Assembly: GCF_009914755.1 (NCBI RefSeq)
Contig: NC_060932.1
Origin: the human T2T-CHM13v2.0 reference genome, Homo sapiens
Reading direction: 5' to 3' (one strand)
Length of the DNA stretch: 64,000 nt
The notes beneath the pieces were generated by a model, which was given only the letters and a program-made list of their open reading frames with translations, searched no databases and was not told where the DNA came from. The position numbers were made by a program, and so were the translations under genes. Below, in pieces: positions 1 through 17,263 of this stretch. Position 1 is the first letter of the stretch, and each line of letters starts with the position of its first letter.

Positions 1-59
1 CTGCCCACCTCGGCCTCCCAAAATGCTGGGCTTACAGGGGTGAGCCACCACATCCGGCC
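1..59 (-). mobile_element. Alu 5' end (cut by window edge)
   Basis: cctcggcctcccaaaatgctggg...gtgagccaccacatccggcc is the reverse complement of the Alu start. Confidence 0.95.
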
Positions 60-641
60 ACCTCTGAGTCTTTTGAAAGATATTTTATGCATTGCCTTTA
101 ATAATGCATTTCTGTTGGAAAACTGATCTGCACCATGTTTGTAAGTGTTGACTGATAACCACCTGCAGTGAATGGCTGCATTGGTATTCATTCAAGGAGC
201 AGACAGCAATGGGAACCAATTTAACTCTCAGGATTCTGTTCATGGAGAAAAAAAGGTTAGTTGGAGGGCTGTTCTTGAGCTCTCTGTGCCAAGACAGACC
301 ACCAGAGGGGAAGTAGCTCCCAGGGCACTCAGTGCAGAAGGTTCTCTTGCAGAGGCTCAACTTGCTGCCAGATTCTGCTGGCTAGTTGGATTTTCTCATC
401 TTTATTTTCCATGGATATTGCCCTCTCTTGGTCTGCACCCATTAACTGCTGTGTTTGCTCTTTTCAGACCATTGATCTACACAACTACTTATATTTACAT
501 GCAAAATAGAGAACAAATCACAATTGCCTAGTTTACATAGAATTTAAAAACTTGTGGGCCTTATTTTTACTCAGAAAATGATGATTCCAATACCTGGTAT
601 AATGAATGCTCCTCATAAAGCATTAGAAAGTAAATCAATGA

Positions 642-936
<295 letters not shown>

Positions 937-1362
937 TCAGTTTCATTCCTGATCAGAAAGTCTAGTTAGAGAGAATAGCTGAAGTTAGACAAAGGACTAA
1001 GGCTAGATCTAATCCTGCAGCCTATGTTTTCTACTGGTCAAAGGCAGTTCACCGCACTTACAGTTTGGTCTTGGTCTCTGTGGGGCTTTACTCTGTTTAT
1101 TCTCTTGCCTCAATATTCGTTTGCATCTTCTCTTCTTTTTGCCACCTGAATGCGTGCCCTACTTAGGATTTGGTTGTCACCCTGTGCTTCCTTTTCTTTG
1201 TTCTTCATCTCAGGATCTTGTTGATTTGCACAGCTTCAAATCAACTCTAGGACTCACATCCATGTCTTCTGCCCTCAATTCCAATCTTGTCTTTTATATA
1301 TTTTTCTACATTTTAGTATTCATCATTTATTCTGCAAAATCATCTGCCTGTTCTATTAGGGT

Positions 1363-1789
<427 letters not shown>

Positions 1790-4024
1790 TAACAGTTCCA
1801 CCTACCACACCACAGCCCTGACAATGCCTAGTTTGCAAACTTATTAATATATACATTTGTTTACATCACTTAGCTGAAGAATTAGCAATGGGTTCACAAC
1901 TGCCAGGGCCAAATGAAAAGACAATATTTCTACAAGTAAGTAAGCTTACACAAATGGTTTTACAACAAAAACTCTTTTCACTTTTAATAATTATTAAATT
2001 AATATAATTAATAAGAAATAAGTTATTTCTTAAAAATAAGAAATTTTTAAGCATGATGTCAAACATTTTCGAGTTTTAGCAATTGGATGCCAGACACACA
2101 AATGGATGCCAGACACACACCTTCAGCCACCTAAACAAATACTTCATTGTTTCAAAAATTAATGTATTGCTGTTCTATAGTGTGATGTCCTCAGCAACTT
2201 TCTTTCTTCAATCTCTTCTCCCTCCTTTTATTTTCCTGTTTCCTTTCTTTCTTTCCCTTTCTTCCCTCTTTTATTAATAAATCTAAGAAGTTTGCTCAGA
2301 TCTTTCTGTTTACATAACAAGTCATTTTAAATGATCAATTTCTTTAAGTGGTATTTTGACCAAGTCATCTAAACATGGCTGATTTGGGAAATCAGGCCTT
2401 AAACATTCCAGTTTCCAAGTAATTTTTTTAAAAACTCTTTTTTTTTTTTTTTTGGCTAAAATGTATTATTTAAGAACATGAATTCTGAAGCTTTTAAGAA
2501 CACAGTATAAACCTATTTTTCTACTTTCTCATTTGATCTATGAATATCAATTAGGTCAAACTATAAGCAATATTTAATAAATAATTTTTATAAAAAACAT
2601 AAATTCATGAATCTGTCATAAAAATCCTTGAATAACTGTAAAATATCACCATTTAAACAGTGCTGTATCTATGTTACTTCAACTTTATGTGAAGTTTCCT
2701 AGCTATTAGTTTATAGAGTATCTGTGGTTTGGAATATCTACCTTCTAAAAATTGCTTGAATATCTAAAAACAATACTCATCTTCTTTCTGGAGTAACATT
2801 AATCTGGTCAACTCTTGTAATTTAACATTAATTTAATGGATGACAAACCAACTTGGCAAAAGAGTTTCTACCAAGGTGTCAAACTCAGTCTTACTAGTCT
2901 GTCATGGCACTTCAGGAGATTAAACAGAGAACCCGTCTTCTGCTGCCATGTCATCTGATAGTTTCTAATGATAAATACATCTCACTGATACTTCTGCCTC
3001 TGTTTTTATTTATGTGTCACTTCTATCTTTTTTAGTATCAATTGGTTTCTAGTGTTTTTGGATTTAATAGTTCAGTAAAATTTCAAAACAAAAAATTAGG
3101 ATGTCAACACAAGATTATTCCATTTTTAAAGCCAGAATACTAAAATTTAAATTCAATTCCTCTCACCTAATATTACAAAGTCAAAATCTACTGTCTATCC
3201 TTACTTTCCTAATTTTACTATTGATGGGAAGACAATTGTTTTTCCTAGGAAGAGAGGAACATATTTGCTTCCTTTTACATTTGTAATTTTTTGTTTTCTT
3301 TCTCACTAGCTTATTCTTGTTTATTCTTTTTCTAGCAAACAATGCCTCACATTCACTCTTCCATGAGAATTTTTTTCTATCTTAACAGTTTGCAGACTAC
3401 CTCCCCACAGTGCCTCTCATAGCTGCAGTTAAACAGCTTTCGCAAATAAACAATCTTAACTGAAATTAACTTGTTACTGTTTAAGTGAGAAATTTTTGGT
3501 ATTTCTGAAACATATAGCATAGCCAAAATTAATGTAAAATAGGTAACAAAGAAAACTGATAGAATGCAATTTTCCAGAAATATTCATTTTGGGGGGGATT
3601 AAAATGTCACCGTCTTTATATTCAGAATATGCTGTATATTCAGAGGAATAAGAATGGAAGTTCCAGTCAGTCCAATTTTCTTTAGTCCATATTTTAAAAG
3701 ACCAGTGTGTCAAGACTTGTGGGTTTGTTATATATGCAGACTAGCAAGTTCAGTTAGCCAAATATTGAGTAACTTCAAACTATCTCCAGTTGTACTGAGA
3801 TCACCCATGCTAGAGAAACATTGATATTTTAATCTATTCTTCAATACTGAAAAAATTAAGGGAAAGCTTATATGTTTTTCATAATATTATTTGCCAAACT
3901 AATAATATAAACTTCCATACTTACCTTGTCTCTGCCTTTATAGCCCATGAGTTGCCTTTTAGCAAACCATGCTAGAATGATATAGAGTTACTTACATCTT
4001 AGACCTATCAAAAGAGCCTCAGAC

Positions 4025-4350
4025 ATTTCATTCAGTTTGATTGATGGGAGAACATTTATCTAAGTATTTCAAAAATATTTATTGTGCACACATCTACCCC
4101 AAACATGTTACTATATGCTGGAAACAAATAGGTAAATAAGGTAGTTATGATGGCTATATTGGTCAAGTTTATATTTTAGAGAGGGAGATATGTAATACAT
4201 AAGGAAACAATTAGAAGAAAATAAATACAATATTTGCTGCTTGTACTGAGATATTTTAATCAAATAGATAGATCGGCCTAATTTCTGTTGGTTGGTCAAA
4301 GACAGCCTCTTTGCAGTGCAGACTTGTGAGCTGAGAGGTGATGGAGAGAG
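4025..4350 (-). mobile_element. L2 3' fragment (old)
   Basis: aaatatttattgtgcac and ggtcaaagacagcctct...tgagctgaga resemble antisense L2 3' motifs. Confidence 0.5.
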
Positions 4351-5400
4351 GAAGCCAGAGAAGCTGCTTCCCACTTACTTCCCAGGCACTGCCTCTAAAG
4401 GTGATGTTTTATGTTTATACATATAGCATTCTATGATTTCATTCCATTCTGGAATGGTACTGAGTAATATAGGAGGGAGGAAATTCTAGGTCTGTGCCCT
4501 TACAATAGGCTGCGGTACTGAAAACCTCTGCTGGGGAATACTGTATGTATACATGAATATTTCCATAAACACGCTCATATCATCATGTATGTGTGTGTGT
4601 TTATTTATCTATCTATATCTGTCTATATTCATACAGAGTCACACTATAGAAAATAGAAGTATTGGTAGATGGAGGCAGTGAAAATAATATAAAAAGAAAC
4701 TTCCATACATGTGAAGACCTATCTGCCCTATAAGCCATAGCCACAATAGTACACAAATAAAGGTACACTCTGACATACATCCTGCTGCATTTCATATATA
4801 CTAGGAAACCATTCATTTTTGTTGCTCTTCTGTGAGTAGAAAAACGTATTAAGGCCAAAGCATCATTCATTGCAAGATCGATGTTAATCCTTCCTCCTCT
4901 GGTGAGCACCAGGCCAGAGATGAACCAGCCCCAGTCCAAAGGCCCTCGCCCAAATCTGAGAATGCCGACTTCTTCTCTTCAGGCTTTTCATCAGGACAGG
5001 AGCTTTATTTTTTTTCTATAAATGTGTGATGTAGGAATACACTCTTGTCGTTAATTTTTGCTGGCTGGAGAAAGGTCTTTTTGGTTATGGGAAGAGAAGC
5101 CTAGATATATTCCCTGAAAATAGACTGTTGTACTGAGAGCAAATGTTAGGGTGCATGGTACCTGGGCAAAAGGCAACAGGCCAGGGTCAACATGCACTCT
5201 AGGGCCAAAACTGGCTGTATCGGTCAGGCCAATTGTTCTTTTTGTCAAAGGCTTTACCCACTGATGTTAGCCAGCTCTTCCCAGTCCTAGCTGAATGGAC
5301 AGAACCCCACTGGGCTGGTTTCCTGAGCCCTTGAATTAAAAACACCTGGGTGCCAGGTAACACGGACTTTGTCACAGGTAGGAGAATGGAGTATGGTGTG

Positions 5401-5713
5401 TGGCTTGGATTAGATTCACCTGTAGTGAGCTAATTGGCTGATTGGATTCACTTGGGCTGGAGCAGCTGAAATGAGAGATGACCACTGACCTAGTTTTTTT
5501 ATGGGGCTTTCTTTTGTATATAGATAGGCACATAAGTAAACGCACACATACAGCATTATATGAGTATGTCTATGTAATGTTCATTTGTAAGTATGTCTGT
5601 GTAAAAAATCCCCAAATAAAATCTAGATTAAAGGTCATTTCAGATTACAGCCCCTGCAGCCCAGGTGAGTCAAATCAGCCAGTTAGCTCAGGCCAGGTGA
5701 GTCCAGTAAGCCA
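5401..5713. repeat. Long imperfect palindrome (fold-back) in unit 1; homologues at ~7121-7470, 8959-9280, 10465-10755
   Basis: tggcttggattagattcacctgtagtgagctaattggctgattggattcacttgggctg pairs with cagcccaggtgagtcaaatcagccagttagctcaggccaggtgagtccagtaagcca; gatgacc..acctagttttt..tggggcttt pairs with aaatcccca..aaaatctagatt..ggtcatt; symmetry centre ~5557. Confidence 0.9.
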
Positions 5714-6413
5714 ATGAGGTGACTCGGGACTGCTGAAGCATCAAGCGAAGCCAACAAGAATGGATGCGAAGAACACAGACATCCCTCGAGAAGGAGTGTA
5801 GGGCCCTGAGGTGCTGAGTGGGACATGACGCCTTATATGGCAGCACAGCTTGCTCACTTCCTGGACCTTTTGCCTGAAGGTGAAGCTTTATCTTTATATG
5901 GACAACAGTCTATGGTTGTGTTCCATCCTGGAATGGTATTGAACCATATAGGAGGGAAGAAAGACAAGATCTATGCCCTTACGATAGGCTGGAGTATTGA
6001 AAACATCTGTTGGGAAATATTGAATGTACACTGAATATTTCCAAAGGCATCTCATATAATACTCTATGCCTGTGTTTATCTACCTGTCTATACCTATATC
6101 CATATATGTATATATTGATATTCATACAGAGTAAAAGATATACAAGGTAAAAGTATTGCTAGGTATTAAAATAATAATATTAAAAAAGTTTCCATACATG
6201 TAAAGACCTATGTGCTCTATAAATGATATCTACATAGGACACAAATGAACATATACTCTAAATACATCCTGATGCATTCAATGTATACTAAGGAATGATT
6301 GATCCTTTCTGCTCACTTCTGTGAGCAGTAAATTCCCTAAGGCCATGGGAGTCATTCACTGCCAGGTCAGTCATGACCCTTTTCTTTCCAGTAGACACCA
6401 AGCCAGAGATTAA

Positions 6414-6749
<336 letters not shown>

Positions 6750-7567
6750 TGACAAGTACACTCTTGTTGTTCAGGGTTGGTTGTGGAGAAGGGTCTATTT
6801 GGGCAAAGAAAAAAACTCTAGGTCTGTTTCCTGAAGATAAACTGCAGCACTGAAAGCATATGTGAGAAAGCATGGTTCCTGGGCAAAAGGCAACTAGATT
6901 AGAGTGAACATGTGCCCAAGTGCCAAAGGCGGCCCTACTGGCCAGTCCAAAGGCTCTGTGTGTCAAAGACTACACCTACTGGTGTCTGCTATTTCTTAAC
7001 GGTCCTAGCTGGATGGCCATAACACCACTGGGCAGGTTGGAGGAGCTCCTGAATTAAAGAAAACCTCAGGTGCCAAATAACAAAGGCTTTTTTACAGGTA
7101 CAAGAACAGGAAGTGGTGTGTGGCTCAAATTGAGTTCACTTGGACTGAGCTAATTATCTGATTAGATACATCTAGGATGGAGGGGATGGAAACAAAAAAG
7201 ACCTCTGACCTAGTTTTCTTTTGGAGCTTTTCTTGTAGATATTTATATAAGTAGAAAGACCCATAAACACACACACAGGATTATATGATTATGTCTTTGT
7301 AATGTCCATTTTGTGAGTATGTCTATGTATAAAAGCCCAAATGAAAACTAGGTGAAAGTTTCTTCCATTTGCATCCCTCCAGTCCAGGTGAGTCTAATCA
7401 GCCAATTTGCCCAGCCCAGGTGAATCTGTTCAATTAGCTCAGCCTAGGTGAATCCAATCAGCATATAAGCTGAATTGGAACTGCTTAACAATCAAGGCAG
7501 GCCCACAGTGGTGGATATGAAGAATGCAGGCCTACATCAAGAAGGGAATCAGGGCCCTGAACTGTTA

Positions 7568-7898
<331 letters not shown>

Positions 7899-10755
7899 TT
7901 AAGTGGCAGTAGCAGTACCGCCAGGTTACCTGCCAGGACTTGCTCTTAAAATGAAACTTTATGTTAATACATACAATGTTCTATGGCTGTTTTTCATTCT
8001 AAGATGGTATTGAGCCCTATAGGAAGGAAGAAAGACTAAGTCTGCACCCTTAGGATTGTCAGGATTACTGAAAATGTCTGTTGGCAAGTATCAATGTATA
8101 CATGCATATTTACACAGAAATACTCATATATTTCTGTATGTGTGTGTATTTATATACATATCTGTATCTTTCTATCTATGTATCTATATTCATACAAGAT
8201 GTAGATATAGAAGGTAGAAGTATTGATATTTTTAGGTCCTGACAGTAATATCAAACGTCCATCCATGAAGAGGCCTATCTGCCCTATAAACTGTATCTAT
8301 AATAGTAAGAAAATGGAAGCACACTGTGACATACATCCTGCTGCACTTAATGTATGCTAAGGAGCCATTGGTCCTTGTTGCTCCCTTCTGTCAGCAGAAA
8401 TGCACTAAGGCCATGGGAGCCACTCACTGCTATGTCAATGTTGACTTTCCCCTTTCTTATGAACACCAGGTCAGAAATGAACCAGCCCCAGCCCAATGGC
8501 CCTAACACAAATTCAAAAATAATGACTCCTTACTAGGGCTCCCATCAAGACAGGAGCTCTTCTTTTTTTCTATGAACATGGAACATAAGAGTACAGTCTT
8601 GTCTTTTGGTTTTGGTGGCTGGAGAAGGGTCTTTTGGGGTAGGGCAAAGAAAGTATAGGTTTGTGCCCTGAAGGTAGACTGTGGTACTAAAAACAGATGT
8701 CAGGGAATGTGGTACTCAGGCAAAAGAAAACTAGGCCAGAGTCAAAGTGTGCTGTACTGCCAAAAGAGGCTCTTAAAGACCAGGCCAATGATTCCTTTTT
8801 CTGAAGTCTACACCCACCCTCTGGTGCCAGCCAGCTCTGGCCTGTCCTACCTGGGTAACAAGAACCCTACTGGGTGATCTGATGAGCACCTGAATTAAAA
8901 ACACAAGTGTCAGATAACAATGACTTTTTCCACAGATACAAGAATGGGAAGTGGTGTGTGGCTTGGACTAGATTTATTTGGTCTGAGGTAATTGGCTGAT
9001 TGGATTCTTCTGGGATGGAGGGGATAGAAGTGGAAGTGATCTCTGACCTAGTTTCTTTGGGGGCTTTTTGTTGTAGATATAGACATGAATAGAAACATAA
9101 ACAATCACACATATACAGGGTTATATGAGTATGTCTATGTAATGTCCATTTGTGAGCATGGCTATGTAAAAGAAGCCCAAATAAAACCTAGGTAAAAGGC
9201 CATTTCTGTTTACATCCTCTCCAACCCAGGTACATGTAATTATTCAATTTGCTCAGCCCAGATGAATCTATTCAGCCAATAAGCTCAGCATAGGTGAATC
9301 CAATCAGCTCATTAGTCAAATTGGCAGTGCTGAAGGATCAAGACAGGATCTCAGCAGTGGAAATGAGCAGTGCAGGAATCTGCCAAGGAGAGCAGGGCCC
9401 TGTTGTCCTAAGCTGGGCCTGCCTTACATGGCAATACTGCCGGCTTACTTGCCAGGCATTGCCCCTAAAGGTGAAGCTTTGTTTATGTTTATACATACAA
9501 CATTCCATGGTTGTGTTCTATTCTGAGATGGTATAGAGCCATATATGACAAAAGTCTAGTTCTACACGCTTAAGATAGGCAGAATTATTCAAAATGTATG
9601 TTGGTGAACATTGTATGTATACATGAATATTTACAGAGACATATAATCTTGTGTGTTTTTATCTACCTATCTCTACATCAGCCAATTATCGATATTTATA
9701 TAGAGTCTAGGTAGAGAGGGTAGATGTATTGATATTTATTGGTACTGATGGTAATATAAAAAGAAACTTCCATACATGGTAAAGGCCTCTCTGCCCTATC
9801 ACCTACACCTACAAATAAACAAATGGAGGTCCACTGTGGCATACATCCTGCTGCAGTCAATGTACACTAAGGAACCACTGGCCCTTGTTGCTCACTTCTG
9901 TGAGCAGAAAACGCAATAAGGCCATGGGAGTCATTCATTAGCAGGTCAGTGTTGACCCCTTCCATTCTGGTGAACACAAGGCAGAGATAAACCAGCCCCA
10001 GCACAAAGACTCTCACACAGATTTGAGAGTGCTCATTTTCATTAGGGCTCCCATCAAGACAGGGGCACTTCCTTTTTTCTATGAACATATGACATAGGAG
10101 TACACTTTTTTCAGTTTTGGTGGCTTGAGAAGTGTCCTTTTGTATAGGAGTAGAAAAGCCTACATCTGTTCTCTGAAACTAGACTTGGGCACTGAACATA
10201 AATGCCAGGGAATGTGATACCCAAGCAAAAGACAACCAGGCCAGAATCATCAGTCACTGAAGTACCAAAAGTGACACGTGTTGGCCAAGTCAAAGAATTA
10301 TTGTGTTGAATGCTACACCCACTGGTGTCAGCCAGCTCTGCCCAGTCTTAGCTGGCTGGCCAGTACCCCACTGAGCTAATTTGATGAGCTCCTGATTTTA
10401 AAACACTTGGGTACCAGGTTGGGAGGATATTTTCACAGGTGCAAGAAAATTGGGAAGCCATGCATGGCTCTGATTTGATTTACTTTAACTGAACTAACTG
10501 GCTGAATTGATTCACCTGGGCTCAAGAGGAGTGACAGAAAAATGACTTCCAACCTAGGTTTTTTTCTGCTTGGCTGTTTTGGTAGATATATAGATATAGG
10601 TAGGTAGGTACATAAACACATACACATATGCACATACATGATTATATGAATGTCTATAATGTCCATTTGTAAATATTTCTATGTGAAAAAGTCACAAATG
10701 CAAATGAGGTAAAAGTTATTTCCATTTCCTCCAGCCCAAATGAGTCAAATCAGCC

Positions 10756-11610
10756 TTTCCATTGTGTTTGGGTGTGAGATTCAGAACCTCACCTGAATAG
10801 GCTGTGTCCTTGTGTGAGGGTGACAGTCCTAAGAGTTTGTTGGATGTGCATATCAGAGTCACAATCTCACCTGTGTGCTGGGTCCTGTTATGACACTCTC
10901 TGTACCACCCAAGAGCTTTATACAGTAGGCATGGGAGTCACAATTCTCTCTGTGGCCTTAGTACAGAAATGAGTCACCATTCCACCTGTGGACCAGATCC
11001 ATGTATGAGTCACAATTCCAACTTTTGACTGCATCTGGATGTGAGATTAAAAACCTCAGCAGCAGGCTGTGTCCATATATGAGTGTGACAATCCTAGCTG
11101 TTGGCTTGGTGTGCATAGAAGAGTTACACTCTCACCTATGAGGTAGGCCCTATTATGACACTCTGTACCACTTGAGGGCTTTATATAGTAGGTAAGTGAA
11201 TCACAATTTTCTCTGATACTTTCATATAGCTATGAGACTCATGATCTTAACTGTGTTCCTAGTCCAGGTATGAGAATCAAAATCTCTCCTACTAGCTGGG
11301 TCCAGGTTTGAGAGTCATCATATGGCCAGTGAGCTGGGTTCAGAAATGAGTTACCATCTTCCCTGTGGGCTTTGCCCATGTATGAGGGTAAAATCACCTA
11401 GGTGCCAGGCCCAAGTATATGTCACAATCTCACCTTTGGGCATGGCCAAGGTAGAAGTCACCCAGGTGCTGGGCCCCTGTATATGTCATAATCCGACCTG
11501 TCAGCCAGGACCAGGTAGAAAGTCAAATAACCTAGGCCCTGCAACATTGCACCCAGGTAAGAGAGCCAAATCACCTAAGTGCTGGACCCAGGTAAGAGAG
11601 TCAAATCAAA
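10756..11610. repeat. Diverged beta-satellite (BSR/Beta-like) block
   Basis: Recurrent gtcacaat..cacctgt and atcacctaggtgc..ggccca..tatatgtcacaat, matching the 68-bp Sau3A beta-satellite core (ATATGTCACAAT...ATCACCTGGGTG). Confidence 0.8.
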
Positions 11611-11614
11611 GCTT

Positions 11615-11804
11615 TACTAAAAACAGTACATTTTCTCTCTGGAATACATGTCACATTCCTCTTTTGTAGTAATATAAAACTCCCAACCTTCTGCTTTTTG
11701 GACATACCAAAGACCACCCAATCTATACGTATGCTTCAAATTGCAATTCTTTCTTAACATTAAATTTAGAGATTCAGCTCTACATCTTTATTTTGATTTC
11801 AACA
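11615..11804 (+). mobile_element. LTR 3' fragment (MER34-like, tentative)
   Basis: TATA-like aatataaaac then ttgcaattct..ttaaatttagagattca..ttttgatttcaaca ending in CA. Confidence 0.45.
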
Positions 11805-13080
<1,276 letters not shown>

Positions 13081-13539
13081 ATTAAAAACTTCCTTTAGCA
13101 AGTCTTTATAACTATGTCTACTAGTGACACATTCCTCAAGAGTGGTATCCCTAACTGCCATTAGGGGGTGTTAAACGACGACTCTTTCTGGCTACTTCCC
13201 GCTGAAAAGAAGTGTTGTGCTGGGAACAGCACTTAGGGCTCCTCCTGGGGTCGATCTATGGGTCCTCAGAAGAAAGGTGTGTCCGTAGGTGGTTCTGTCT
13301 GCAGCACCATTTGGAGTTTGCTTCTAGATGAAAAGAGATAAATTTTACAAGAAAGTTTAGAATATAGGGTTTGAATATAAGTATTAAGATTACCATTATT
13401 AGTGGGGGTACTATAGGCCATAACCATAACAGTAGAGTTTGATACCTGTTAGCTATTCTAATGGATTGTAATACTTGTTTGCCTCCACCAAATGTTGCTG
13501 TACTTTACCAGAAACGTTAAGATAAAAATAACATTCTTT

Positions 13540-13825
13540 AGCCAGACACAGTGGCTCATGCCTGTAATCCCAGCATTTTGGGAGGCCAAGGCAGGCAGAC
13601 CACCTGAGGTCAGGAGTTCAAGACCAGCCTGGCCAACATGGTGAAACCCCGTTTCTACAAAAATACAAAAATCAGCCAAGCATGATGGTGGGTGCCTGTA
13701 ATCCCAGCTACTCAGGAGGCTGAGGCAGGAGAATTGCTTGAATCGGGGAGTGAGCCAAGATTGAGCCATTGCACTCCAGCCTGAGCAACAGAGTGAGACT
13801 CCATCTCAAAAAAAAAAAAAAAAAA
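13540..13825 (+). mobile_element. Alu (AluSx-like), ~20 bp internal deletion in right arm
   Basis: Alu with A tail; TSD aacattcttt. Confidence 0.93.
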
Positions 13826-14049
13826 CATTCTTTTTAGGATAAATGGCATTAAATTTGGGTGGCTAAAGTAACTTTAGTGTTAACCTTGGCTAAATTTTTC
13901 CAGCAATTATCAATCCTTTCACAATTTCCACAGACCATTTATGACATGCTTAAACTTTCTTAGTAGTCCTAAACACCCCTTTTTTAAACAACCAGTTATT
14001 TCCTTTTAGGACAAGAATTTACCATCCAAGATCCTTTCTTATATAAAAT

Positions 14050-14514
14050 CTTTTTTTTTTTTTTTTGAGATGGAGTCTCGCTCTGTCACCCAGGCTGGGG
14101 TGCAGTGGCACAATCTCGGGTAACTGCAAACTCAGTCTCCCAGGTTCAAGCAATTCTCTGCCTCAGCCTCTCAAGCAGCTGGGATTACAGGTGCCCACCA
14201 CCACACCCAGAAATTTATGAAAAAAATGTGTATTTTTCATAAAGAGATGGGGTTTCACTATCTTGCCCAGCACTTTGGAAGGCCAAGGTGGATAGATCAC
14301 CTGAGGTCAGGAGTTCAAGGCCAGTTTGACCAACATGGAGAAACCACATCTCTACTAAAAATACAAAATTAGCTGGGCATGGTGGCATATGCCTGTAATC
14401 CCAGCTACTCGGGACCATCTTGGTCAGGCTGGTCTTGAACTCCTGACCTTGTGATCCAGCCACCTTGGCCTCCCAAAGTGCTGAAATTACAGGCGTGAGC
14501 CACTGCACCCAGCC
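14050..14514 (-). mobile_element. Rearranged Alu: minus-strand Alu containing a plus-strand AluSp piece (~14266-14413)
   Basis: Orientation switches at cttgcccag|cactttgg and back at ctactcggg|accatcttgg. Confidence 0.9.
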
Positions 14515-15262
14515 AAAATATCCTTCCTTTATGACCTTAATTGAATAGCTAGGGTGTGACATATTACCAAACCCAATAAGAAGTCCTAGCTAACTTAGTG
14601 ATAGTAAAATTTTCATGTTTACTTCCTGTCAGTAACTATTATCCCTGCTATAAGGATAATAATTCCACAAAATATTACAGTAGTTGAGGCTCTTTATCCA
14701 ATATTCCACTCTGGGGTTGCTACAATATATAATCCTTCTGTAAATAGTAGAGTGAGTATATAATTCTGCAAGGGTGGTGTAGTAGATAATTTCCATCAAA
14801 AAGTTTTACTTGCCAAGACATAGAATTTCTCTTTGGGGGTCTATGAAGTTATAAATGTAATCCCAAGGATAACTAAAATCTTTCTGCAAAAATGCATTAA
14901 AAAGAAGTTCTAATATCTGGTGGCAAATCTAAAGAGAAACATAAAAATGACAAAGTATTTGCTGAGGTAAAGGTGGGACTGAGTAAGATGAGTAGCTCTC
15001 ACTTATCTTTTATGATTTGTAGCTTCAGATATCTTATTTCTTCACATTGATATTCAGGATGTTCCTCTGGGCTGTCAGGGGTTGCTCCCACAGCTTTCCA
15101 GGCTTTGACTCCAGTGTGATAAATCCAGTAGTTGACACCTGTAACTTTTACCACTGAGGGGGCTGAAAGAAAAACAGTGTGGGGCCCTTCCCAGCTTGGG
15201 CTCAGGACAAAGAGAGAGAAGGGAGAGCCTTCACCAATTCCAAATCTCCAGAGTTTGGAGCT

Positions 15263-16690
<1,428 letters not shown>

Positions 16691-16874
16691 CACCGTGGCA
16701 ATGGCTTGGAGGCATTTGCAAATAATAGGTCCCCCCAAGTGCAACTAAGGGGTTGAGAAAAATATTAGAGTTTTTCCTGAGATGTCCCACATGGTGGTGC
16801 CACAAGAAGAGGGGAGGCCTGGATTAGAGAGAGGAGAGAGAGGCTGACTCCATTGTTTAGAAGGAGGTCTACCT

Positions 16875-17168
16875 GGCTGGATGCAGCAGCTCACGCCTGT
16901 AATCCTAGTACTTTGGGTGGCCAAGGTTGGCGGATCACAAGGTCAGGAGATTGAGACCATCCTGGCTAACACAGTGAAACCCTGTCTCTACTAAAAATAC
17001 AAAAAAAATTAGCTAGACGTGGTGGTGGGCACCTGTAGTCCCACCTACTCTGGCGGCTGAAGGGGGGAGAATGGTGTGAATCCAGGAGGCAGAGCTTGCA
17101 GTGAGCCGAGATCGCGCCACTCCACTCCAGCCTGGGCGACAGAGCGAGACTGTCAGAAAAAAAAAAAG
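16875..17168 (+). mobile_element. AluY-like
   Basis: accatcctggctaacac, gagaatggtgtgaa, gagcttgcagtgag; TSD aaggaggtctacct. Confidence 0.95.
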
Positions 17169-17263
17169 GAGGTCTACCTTTCTTCCTCCAATTTCCAGAA
17201 TCACCTGGGGCTCCTAATGGCAGTTTGAGCCACTACAGCCAGGGGTTTGAGCTCCAGAACCCA

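Noticed and set aside
172-531. 119-aa ORF in apparently unique sequence
   Set aside because: No recognisable domain or exon structure; length expected by chance
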